Assembly: GCA_964035545.1 (NCBI GenBank)
Contig: OZ037767.1
Span: 16,486,581-16,550,580, forward strand
DNA: 64,000 nt
Reading direction: 5' to 3'
Source of the DNA: Bugula neritina
Taxonomy: Eukaryota; Animalia; Bryozoa
The position numbers were made by a program, and so were the translations under genes. The notes below the pieces were generated by a model. The model was not told where the DNA came from, made no database searches, and worked only from the letters and a program-made list of their open reading frames with translations. This document shows positions 21,201 through 31,201 of the stretch, one piece after another (positions within the stretch are counted from its first letter, which is position 1; every line of letters starts with the position of its first letter).

Positions 21201-24200
21201 ATAAAGGTGACAAACTTTTATGTAGTAATTATCGGCCTATCTCAATACTTCCAGTTTACTCTAAAATACTTGAAAAAATAATTTGCAAGCAATTACATGA
21301 ACATTTAAACCTACACAAAATTTTGTCGGTTTCTCAATTTGGCTTCCAACAGAAGAAGGGTGCGCAAGACGCACTGATTAAGTTTTCAGACCAATCCTTC
21401 AAAGCACTTAATGACTCATCAGTAATATTGGGTATTTTCATTGATTTCTCAAAAGCATTCGATACAATCAACCACAATTTTTTGCTACAGAAACTACAAG
21501 ATTACAATTTTGATTCTCACTCCATAAGTTTAATCCAAAACTACTTGACCAATCGAACACAGCATGTTATAATAGAGAACAGTATATCCAATTCCTTGCA
21601 TATCACCTGTGGAGTTCCCCAGGGCTCTATCTTGGGCCCTGTGCTCTTTCTGCTGTACATAAATGATTTAGCTACCCATTGTCCTTTATTTGATACTATT
21701 CTGTTTGCCGACGACACAAATCTTTTTTGGAAGAGCAAAGATTTAAATGCTGATATTGGAAATATAAACTCCTCACTAAATAAAGTTAATAACTGGTGCA
21801 TTGCAAACAAACTAACTCTAAACTTAACGAAAACAAACTATATCATTGTTAAAAACTACCAAAAGAATTTTGTACTTAACAGTACCATCCATATTGACAA
21901 TATACCTCTCTCACCTAGCTCAGAAATAAAATTTTTAGGTGTAGTTATTGACATTAACTTAAACTGGTGTGCTCATATAAATTCTTTAAGGACTCAGCTC
22001 AACAAAGTAACTGGTATGATATACTTAGCTTCAAAGTTTTTACCATACAAAGCTTTGATTTTATTATATAACAGTCTGATAAACAGCAAACTTACATATT
22101 GCTTAGAAGCCTGGGGAAATGCCCCTAAAACCCATCTGAACAAGTTGCTTTTAATTCAAAAACGCATTATTCGCATTATTTTCCACAAATCACCTACTGA
22201 ACACACGTCACCTCTATTTATCAAAGCAGAAATTCTTCCTATTGATCTCTTGTATATCTACCGCCTATGTCTTCTTGGTCATTCAGCTTATTATACTCCA
22301 TCTCACACCAAACAACCACCAACTTACCTCACCAGACATTCTGAACTTTCCTTACCCTTACCTCTCTCTACCTCCGCAGCAGGTCATCGTCAAGTGTCCT
22401 ACCAGATGTCTAGCAATTGGAATAAACTACCTCTGACTTTAAGACATCATCAAAGCTTTGCCACATTTAAAATATTGTTGAAAAAGCACCTACTAAAATC
22501 TTTAACTTAATCTGAATAAATAGTTCCCACTATTTTTTCAACTGCCACTTGGGCCCCGCTCCTTGAATAGCTATGCTACTGAGCACATGGGCCCCCATCT
22601 TGACTTCGATTGATATTGATATTATATATAAATTGAATTTAGCTCTTTTTGTGTTACTGTTGTATATTTGTATTTTTTTTGTCCTTTTGTTTTTTTTTGA
22701 TGGAAATAAAGAAAACAACAAACAACAACAACAACTATACTCCAGTTTCACACTTACGTAGTATTGTACTTATATATAACTGTAAGTACTGTCAGTGTGT
22801 TTTATATGATACATTCTACTGACTGTTAGAAGCTGTAGCTGAGTTCTACGTTACCTGTGTGTTTCCTGTAGGCAGGTAAACCACGCGTCTCCACACACAC
22901 TAACCTCTTTCTAGTTGGAGAGGAACAAGATAGCTCCGTTAATGTTTCAGTGTGGGATATAGAATCTAAGTCTAAGTTAGCTTGTGAACCAGTTGACACA
23001 AAACAGCTCTGCTCACTGAGCTTCAACCCATCTGTACCCGACATGTTTGTCACTCTAGGTATATCTATGCTCTAAATACTTTATATACTTACTATAGTAT
23101 ATCTACACTATATACATACTATAGTATATCTACTCTATATACTTACTATAGTATATCTACTCTGTATACTTACTATAGTATATCTAATCTATATACTTAC
23201 TATAGTATATCTACTCTATATACTTACTATGCTCTAAATACTCTATATACTTACTATAGTATATCTACTCTATATACTTACTATAGTATATCTACTCTGT
23301 ATACTTACTATAGTATATCTAATCTATATACTTACTATAGTATATCTAATCTATATACTTACTATACTATATCTAATCTATATACTTACTATAGCATATC
23401 TACTCTATAATCTACATACTATACTACAGTATATTATATACTATTATAGTAACATATTTATTAATATTATATACTATAGTAATTTACTTATTACTATAAT
23501 ACGTCATATATACTATAGTAACTTACTTATTACTATATGTCATATATACTATATAATGCAGGTAAAGACCACTTTCAATGGTGGCGAATCGACCAGCAAT
23601 GCAGAACCATGACTCATTACCGAGAACCAAACTTTGGAGTGAGTCGTCTCACCTTGTCACACTTGAGCTGTCATGGAACACAGGCTATGCTGCTGCCAGC
23701 TTTATGTGTTCTAGTTTTCACTATTTTCACTAGTTTAAAGTTTTTGTAAAACTGTTTCACCAGCATTTAAACACTTGGTTGTTGTGCTGCCTTCTGTCAG
23801 CAAAAAGCTGCATGGTGGTGTGTGACGGCAGCGACCAGCATTAGAGGTAAAATAATATGTTGTCACATTCATCTTTCTTTAGATACAGCTGAAGGCGAGG
23901 TTCTACCACTGTCTGGTTCACACACCAGATGGCAGTCTAGTCACTGGGGACTCCAACGGCACCGTCTATGTCTGGCCTCCTTCCATCAACACCATTTCTA
24001 ATCTTATTAAACATGCCCATGAGGTGAGTTTTTCCTTTCAACTGAGATATCTATGTGGACGCCTCCTATTTGTAAATGATACCGTTTTGTGGAACGCATG
24101 CTAGAAGTTCACATTTCTGGCTATCCCTGCACATTTTGATGCCTTGATGCTGCTCTTTTTATGATTTTCTGTGTTAACACTAGCTGATATTTGATCTCTT

Positions 24201-27200
24201 CCAGCAAAGAATGATATTTATTTTCCGCTGCAGGATGCAGTTGTTGCCATGACGATGGTGAACAACACACTCGTTACATTCGGCAGGGAAGGTAAGATGA
24301 AGTTCTGGAAATACGGCTACCATCTGGATCTGCTGCTTGAGTTGACGCTGCCTAGGAATAACTCTGTCGTCAAATCTGTGCTTTTTTGTCGCGAAGGTAA
24401 TTATGCATTGAGCTTTGCACTTTTTAACATTGAAGTCTTTATATTACTGTGACATGAATGTATTGGGCTGCAATTGAGGTCTACATATTCTGGCCTGGAC
24501 ATTGAGGTCTAAGATTCTGAGAGCTTTAATATATATTATATAGTATATGTTATTATTTTTTCAAAAACTTGAGGCCTGAGCAATAGGCCTCGGAATAGCA
24601 AGGTTTATTTGTGTTTACCTGCCACCTAGCTGGTACTTTTGTTAACTTGCTGGTGTACATGGTAGCTATAGTTTCTTTAACTAGTTATGTTGATACTCTG
24701 TGCCTGTTTTCAGATGAGCTCGTCATCGGCACCAAGTCCAACTCTATAATATTATATAATCTGCTCTTCAATATGACTGGCTACCCTCGAGATGCAGTCC
24801 TCTGCCAACCATACTTAGAACAGGTACAGATAACTCCTGTTACATTGGTTTCACAACTCCTAATAACATGCATTAGTTACTCGTATTATATTATGTCCAT
24901 GAGTTTTACTATACACAATATTCCTGTGTAATTGCGTCATAATTTTGCTTACAGCATGCTTATATAACTGTACAACTTTTGCTGTGTTGTACTGACAACT
25001 CCTACTCTACTGCAGCTATGACTCTATTACATTGTTCTGAAAACTCTTACCACACATCGTGTTGACACCCTTACTGTTCTGATAGCCACCTATGTATTAT
25101 TTACAGGGTGTTGGTGGTAGAGTTGTCTGCACTCTGAGCCTACCACAGCCTAACTTCTACAATGTCACTCCTCTTATGGTCGCAGGCACCAACGGCACTT
25201 TCACATTTTATGATACAAAGGCCAAGATTCCCATTGGTAAATTTGCTCTTAAGGTAAAGGCCTACACTTTTTGTGTTATGATCCATATTAATTTATAGCT
25301 CAGTATAGAAACCTTTATTTTTAGTATAATTGATTTAATTGAGTTGTTGAATATCATAGTTAGCCACTTTATGTTGTAGCTTGATCTACCCGTGTGATTT
25401 TGGAAAAGACTTTTCATGTGGTTTCATGACTGCAGAAAGTTACAGAAATCGTTAATTCAACATAATTTCACTTTATGCACATTAAAGAACATTAATACTG
25501 AGATATTAAACCTATTTCATATTACATGTTTAATTTAAACCTATTCAATTAAATATGTATTGATACTTGAGTTCTATCAGGACTGATGATTCATAACAAT
25601 TAACAGAAATACTTGTCACGCTAAAAACACGTCAAATTACTCAGTTGTCTCCTCTTACTACCTCGTCTCATTCTGATTACAGGATATCTCTCTGACCAGC
25701 GTGGCCGTCAACTTGTCTCAGTATCATCAGCTCTGCCTCGGCACACTGCAGGGAAAGTGAGCACTAACATTAGATATTTGACTCTATAAGATCTCACTCA
25801 TGCAGGCTATGTTTATGTGGTATTGTGGCCCTCATTGTAGTAATAAAATAGGTAGGATTGTGATGATATAATAAACAGTATTTTGATTATGCAATAGACA
25901 GGATTTTGATGATCCAATAGGCAGTATTTTTATGATGCAATTGACGATAGACTCGTGCTTATTTCTGTAGATAAATAGACTGAGCGTCTTTATTAAAAAC
26001 ACTTTAGTTCAGTTGTTCTTTTACTGCGTTCATTTGAGTATGGAATTCCCCATATAGTCAACTTGAAATATGTGCTACGAGTATATTTGGTGATAGACGA
26101 CTCAAACACCTTTTGGAAAGTTCTAGACCCCCCTGAGTGTTGAATCTCTCTGATACACCCATCACATACTTTAGAGTTATACACTTGAAGCTAGAGGAGA
26201 ACTTTGAGCCTCAGCTACTGTGTGAAACCTGGGTTAGTAAGGGGGCTATCACTCACCTGTCCTACTCACCAGCTGGTAACATGCTGGCAGCTGCGTCAGG
26301 GTCTCTCCTCTTCATCTTAGTAGAGCATTTCAATGAAGATTTGGAAGAGAAAGTTTGGGTGGCTAGTGAGGGAATACAGGTGTGTAGATGTCATGTGACC
26401 AGTCATGTGATAGCTAGTTAGAGAGTATTAGTGTGTACATGTCATGTGACTAGTCATGTGATAGCTAGTTAGAGAGCAGTAGTGTGTATACGTCATGTGA
26501 CCAGTCATGTGATAGCTAGTTAGAGAGTATTAGTGTGTACATATCATGTGACCAGTCATGTGATAGCTAGTTAGAGAGCAGTAGTGTGTACATGTCATGT
26601 GACCAGTCATGTGATAGCTAGTTAGAGAGTATTAGTGTGTACAAGTCGTGTGATAGCTAGAGGTGGCTTATTACCCAAGTTAATAAACATATGTGCTTCC
26701 AGGTAGTTGACAAGAGCGGGCAGGTGACTTCAGTAGGCTGGTCAGTAGAGACACTAGAGGGCGCTCATTTAGTTCGTGTATACAGCGAGAGTGACTTAGC
26801 AGTAACACTGTGTATGTACTGTGTGTATACTCTGTAGTAACTCTGTAGTAACTGTGTATATACTCTGTAGTAACTCTGTATATACTCTGTAGTAACTGTG
26901 TATATACTCTGTAGTAACTGTGTATATACTCTGTAGTAACTGTGTATATACTCTGTAGTAACTCTGTATACACTGTGTAGTAACTGTGTATATACTCTGT
27001 AGTAACTATGTATACACTGTGTAGTAACTATGTATATACTCTGTAGTAACTATGTATATACTCTGTATATACTCTGTAGTAACTCTGTAGTAGATGTGTG
27101 TATACTCTGTAGTAACTGTGTATATACTGTGTAGTAACTGTGTATATACTCTGTAGTAACTCTGTATATACTCTGTAGTAACTGTGTATATACTCTGTAG

Positions 27201-29834
27201 TAACTGTGTATATACTCTGTAGTAACTGTGTATATACTCTGTAGTAACTCTGTATATACTCTGTAGTAACTGTGTATATACTCTGTAGTAACTCTGTATA
27301 TACTCTGTAGTAACTATGTATATACTATGTAGTAACTGTGTATATACTGTGTAGTAACTATGTATATGCTCTGTAGTAACTATGTATATACTGTGTAGTA
27401 ACTGTGTATATACTCTGTAGTAACTCTGTATATACTCTGTAGTAACTGTGTATATACTCTGTAGTAACTATGTATATACTATGTAGTAACTCTGTATATA
27501 ATCTGTAGTAACTATGTATATACTATGTAGTAACTCTGTATATACTCTGTAGTAACTATGTATATACTCTGTAGTAACTAAGTACACGTATATAACCAAC
27601 AGGGCATCCGGTGAAGCTGATTAAGATCTTTTCCTTGCTGCCGTTCCAGAGCCTCTCTTTCACCGCTGCCTGCCCTCTCTCCTACAGTGTAGCTGGTAAA
27701 CTTATTGAATGTTGTATGTCTTTGAAACTTTTTTAACTTCTTATAACAAAAAATTTATAGGATAAGTACTAGTTTTATAAATTTTATTTTAATATATTTG
27801 TAAACAGTGTAATAATATTATACAGATGAGCGTAACTCAACTTTTTTGAAAGATTAATTAGTAGTTGTGTCCCCTTGACTAGTGTGTAGAAGTAGTCTCC
27901 CCCTGTATAGTTATCAGTAGTTATTGCTTGTTATCTCACAGGTGTGTGGTACAACAAGCAGTGTGTAAAGAATGGTCTACACACCATTGATGTCAACAAG
28001 GAAAATACACTGATAGCTGTTTATGATAGACTGGGCTACATTTACCTCTTCAGATTTCCATGTACATCGGACGCGGTAAATAATACACATATATAGTTAC
28101 TACAGAGTATATACACAGTTACTACAGAGTATATACACAGTTACTACAGAGTATATACACAGTTACTACAGAGTATATACACAGTTACTACAGAGTATAT
28201 ACACAGTTACTACAGAGTATATACACAGTTACTACGGAGTATATACACAGTTACTACAGAGTATATACACAGTTACTACAGAGTGTATACACAGTTACTA
28301 CAGAGTATACACACAGTTACTACAGAGTATATACATAGTTACTACAGAGTATATACAGAGTTACTACAGAGTATATACCAGGGTTGGGGTCAATTACATG
28401 TAAATGTAATTAATTACAATTACAATTACATGAAGATTTGTCAATTACAATTACAATTATAATTACAGTTAAAAGGTAATGTAATTAATTACAATTACAA
28501 TTACATGGTAATGTAATTAATTACAATTACAATTACTTTTGTTTTCACAAGGGATAACTAGAAGTTATACAATGTCACTTCTAGGGTCCAACTACCAGGG
28601 GCAATGTTGACAGTGGTGAACCTCCTTTGTTTCCAATAGTGACACTATAGGATCAATCCATGCCAAATCAACAAATTTTAAGGGGTCCCACGCCTTTGCT
28701 TCTCAGATTTTGCTTATATTTACACATGTCCGGTGTACTATTCGTGAATATTTCTGACATGACACAAAAACTTTTTGAGAAATGACTAGATTTGCGGACA
28801 AAGGTTAGGAAAACTTTTGAGGAAAATTTGTGATTTCTACTTTCAGACCAACTTATAAATGTCTTATCTCAACCAATTTTTTAGACTGAGCTTTAAAAAT
28901 TGATGTGGGAGATATTTAAAAAAATTTCAAAATTTACAAAAATTTGCTCATATTCAATGGTTTAGCATATATGCACACAAACTGTTCTGTAGTATGTGTT
29001 GCTACTAGTGCAAGCTGATAAGTATTATCAAATCGCACAACAAATTTTAAGACTTAGTCTAGAAAAATGGTTGAGATATAGACATTTATAAATTGCTCTG
29101 AAAGTAGAAATCAGCAATTTTCCTTAAAGTTTTTCCTAACCTTTGTCCGCAAATGCAGTCATTTCTCAAAAAGTTCTCTGTCAGGCCAAACATATTTAAG
29201 AAAAGTGCTCAGGACATATGTAGGCCTATTTTGTGTAAATATGAACAAACTCTGAGACACAACAGCACCGGCCATGTGGTGAGTTAGCATGGAATGACCC
29301 TATACTATATTGACTTAATCTGAACTTGTTATTTAACAGTAGATATGGTAGAAAAAGAATGATTTTTTCAAGATTTAAAAGTTTGAAGTAATTGACATGT
29401 AATTATAAAGTAATTGTAAAATTCAATTACATTAGCAATGTAATTAATTACAATTACAATTACAATTACATTTTTATACATCAATTACAAATTACATTCA
29501 ATTACTTGAAAAAATGTAATTAATTACAACCAATTACAATTACAAATTACAATTACCCCAGCCCTGGTATATACATAGTTATACAGAGTGTATACATAGT
29601 TATACAGAGTGTATACACAGTTACTACAGAGTATATACAGAGTTACTATAGAGTATATACACAGTTACTACAGAGTATATACACAGTTACTACAGAGTAT
29701 ACATATAATATTTGCAGTCCTTCTGCCACTCATACAAAAGCCACATCAACCCCAAAAGCTTACTGTTCATGAACAAGATGTTATTGAGTTGTGGAGCAGA
29801 TGACAATAGTATCATCCAATGGGAGATTGTGTAA
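15272..29834 (+). CDS. Echinoderm microtubule-associated protein-like (HELP + WD40 TAPE domain) with an N-terminal EF-hand-like region (multi-exon)
   Basis: About 23 frame-consistent exons, e.g. 15272-15373, 15744-15777, 16160-16329, 16409-16585, 17059-17205, 17594-17691, 17818-17921, 18120-18294, 18748-18910, 19140-19289, 19813-19984, 22872-23058, 23562-23638, 23883-24023, 24234-24396, 24714-24848, 25107-25253, 25683-25757, 26176-26379, 26703-26790, 27603-27695, 27942-28075, 29718-29834. HELP motif PPNERLKLDWVYGY; WD-type segments LVTGDSNGTVYVW and HLSYSPAGNMLAAAS; EML-like C-terminus LFRFPC...DDNSIIQWEIV*. Start codon is tentative. Confidence 0.82.
16575..16790 (+). repeat. 40-bp repeat made of exon end plus 5' splice donor (CTACAACCAG|GTTGTTAAACACTGTATAGCTATTCTATTT)
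   Basis: CAG|GTT recurs at 16585, 16625, 16665, 16705, 16745 and 16785. Confidence 0.92.
16880..17058 (+). repeat. 42-bp repeat ending at the acceptor (GTAACATAGTCATGTGACCATGGAGTTGTATTGTGTTGCTAG)
   Basis: About 4 copies; the last supplies the acceptor of exon 17059. Internal junctions read CTAG|GTAAC. Confidence 0.88.
17213..17510. repeat. 24-bp minisatellite (GTGACTAGCAGTGAAATAGTCACA)
   Basis: About 12 copies starting just after the donor at 17206. Confidence 0.93.
17935..18105. repeat. 13-bp minisatellite (TATGTACTGTGAC)
   Basis: Fills the intron 17922-18119. Confidence 0.88.
18308..18712. repeat. 20-bp minisatellite (TGTGTCATGTGATACTAGGA)
   Basis: About 20 copies filling the intron 18295-18747. 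Confidence 0.94.
20418..22735 (+). mobile_element. 5'-truncated non-LTR retrotransposon (L2/CR1-group-like LINE) in an intron of the EML-like gene
   Basis: Uninterrupted ORF2 fragment, then a ~225-nt 3' UTR with AATAAA and a (CAA)n tail ending at ~22735. Possible 5-bp TSD TATAC at 20413-20417 and 22736-22740. Endonuclease domain and ORF1 are absent. Confidence 0.9.
20501..22510 (+). CDS. LINE ORF2 reverse transcriptase domain (N-terminally truncated)
   Basis: NYRPISILP, QFGFQ, FIDFSKAFDTINH, GVPQGSILGPVLFLLYINDL, LFADDT, KFLGV. The frame stays open upstream to ~20417 (QEFQNCDWS). Confidence 0.9.
   Translation: MNETSHIFNKLAPFQEKTFHFNRKKANNWITDRLKKEIHKKDRLFSQHKAFPYSPKLKQAYIKQRNKVSTLIKQAKYNYYDKLISNQADSRKLWNTINNACGRKSTSPSFPVKLKVDSEIITHHTEIANYINNYFTNIGKNLADKIPSVPEIPVNSKDCPSFYFQLVDKNRVLTELKNLNENKSEGLDLIPARLVKQSATYLCQPLTHIINLIIKSGVIPNELKVAKILPFYKNKGDKLLCSNYRPISILPVYSKILEKIICKQLHEHLNLHKILSVSQFGFQQKKGAQDALIKFSDQSFKALNDSSVILGIFIDFSKAFDTINHNFLLQKLQDYNFDSHSISLIQNYLTNRTQHVIIENSISNSLHITCGVPQGSILGPVLFLLYINDLATHCPLFDTILFADDTNLFWKSKDLNADIGNINSSLNKVNNWCIANKLTLNLTKTNYIIVKNYQKNFVLNSTIHIDNIPLSPSSEIKFLGVVIDINLNWCAHINSLRTQLNKVTGMIYLASKFLPYKALILLYNSLINSKLTYCLEAWGNAPKTHLNKLLLIQKRIIRIIFHKSPTEHTSPLFIKAEILPIDLLYIYRLCLLGHSAYYTPSHTKQPPTYLTRHSELSLPLPLSTSAAGHRQVSYQMSSNWNKLPLTLRHHQSFATFKILLKKHLLKSLT
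23075..23430. repeat. 27-bp minisatellite (TATATACTTACTATAGTATATCTACTC)
   Basis: Tandem copies follow the donor at 23059. Confidence 0.88.
26380..26660 (+). repeat. 51-bp minisatellite beginning at the donor (GTGTGTACATGTCATGTGACCAGTCATGTGATAGCTAGTTAGAGAGTATTA)
   Basis: About 5 copies; the first unit begins at the GT donor at 26380. Confidence 0.9.
26805..27580 (+). repeat. 22-bp minisatellite (TATACTCTGTAGTAACTGTGTA)
   Basis: About 35 copies filling the intron 26791-27602. Confidence 0.95.
28379..29566. mobile_element. Non-autonomous hAT-type DNA transposon
   Basis: Termini CAGGGTTGGGGTCAATT... / ...AATTACCCCAGCCCTG; perfect 8-bp TSD GTATATAC at 28371-28378 and 29567-29574; subterminal AATTAC/GTAATT repeats. 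Confidence 0.9.
28650..29300. mobile_element. Foldback MITE nested inside the hAT element
   Basis: TIRs GGATCAATCCATGCCAAATCA / TGAGTTAGCATGGAATGACCC flanked by TATA on both sides; internal long imperfect inverted arms at ~28770-28900 and ~29040-29175. Confidence 0.8.
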
Positions 29835-31201
29835 CAACACATTACCCAATAGTCAGCCCCCAGATGTCTCACCATCTGTGTAAGTAATATAAATGATACA
29901 CTTGCTGCCCAAAGCTTTTTAAACTAATTTTCTGTGTTTCATGAGCATTTGATCATGTGTGAGAGTATATATGATTTACATTACATAATTGATATAATAT
30001 TATTAAAACTATCTCTTGGCTTTTTTAGCCAAGTTCTGCTTTAGCCAGGCTATTGTTAATTTATTTAGCAACAGATGCTGAGTCAGAACTGATGCACCAC
30101 TTTGTGGAAATATACAGTTACCAATGCACAGTGTCATGAGCTACCAGCAGAGTCTTAAATAGCCCTAGCAGATTAAAATATATTCAGTCGCACGCCAAAT
30201 CCTCATTAGGAATTAGAAACCTGGGCTAAGCTGTAATCTGCATCTAATAGGAGTGACCCTGATAGTCTGAACTCATCTGTTCACCAACTTCTACATTTTA
30301 AACTCAACCCACAAAATGCAAACTTTAGATCAGTAATATATATCATTATTATGGTTTATTGTTGTTTGTGATGTTTGTTGTTCAGTATATTGTTGGGTTG
30401 GGAGATTGCAAGAAGAAATGAGATGGAGGCACCGGATTATGTTTAACAGCAACACTTGTATTTCGAATAGAAATACTTGATAATTGAGATAAAGATTGCG
30501 GACTAGATTCAATAAATCAAAAACAAACAACATAATTAAAAAATAACATCTGGACAGCCATGAATCAGGAGTGATTATAGAATACTATGTGGCTGAAATG
30601 TGTACATGTAGCAAACAAGGTTTGTATTCTACAGATTGAGGTATAGTCTGTTAGGGTGAAGCTAGTTAATGTCTGAGACAAGTTAGTATTCATGCAATAA
30701 CACTGATGCTCTAGGTCATTGGTGCAACACCAAAAATCAGATGATAAATAATTAGATAGTTCTGGGAAGGCAACTCCAAAAATACTTTACGGATATTAGA
30801 AAGAGCCTGAGAAGTTGGGCTCTAGGGCATAGGAATATCTATATACATAAATAGTCATAAAATGCTGTTAATATTATAGCTTATAAAACTCATTCTGATT
30901 TTAGATTATAAAATTATACTATACAAATGTATGTGATTTAAGTAACTTGCAGGCAGTTACACAGAATAACCCATTCATAATAACAAACTTAAACTATTAG
31001 AAAATAATTAGAGTTCACAGCCGATAGCCTACTGTTTGTTGTGGCAAGCCAGCAAGACATGGCTCTAAACACAGTGGAGTCTTACATCATAATAACTTAA
31101 TGATACCCTCCAGGTGCGAGATTTATGTACAGTTTTGTGACTAGCAGCAGCCTGAGCATACGGAGAGAGAGAGTTGTCTTCTATTTTCCTACTACCTTGA
31201 C

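Larger units (their letters stand above)
28085..29703 (-). repeat. Same 22-bp minisatellite in inverted orientation (TACACAGTTACTACAGAGTATA), split by a hAT insertion
   Basis: Arrays at 28085-28378 and 29567-29703 are the reverse complement of the 26805-27580 unit. Confidence 0.93.
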
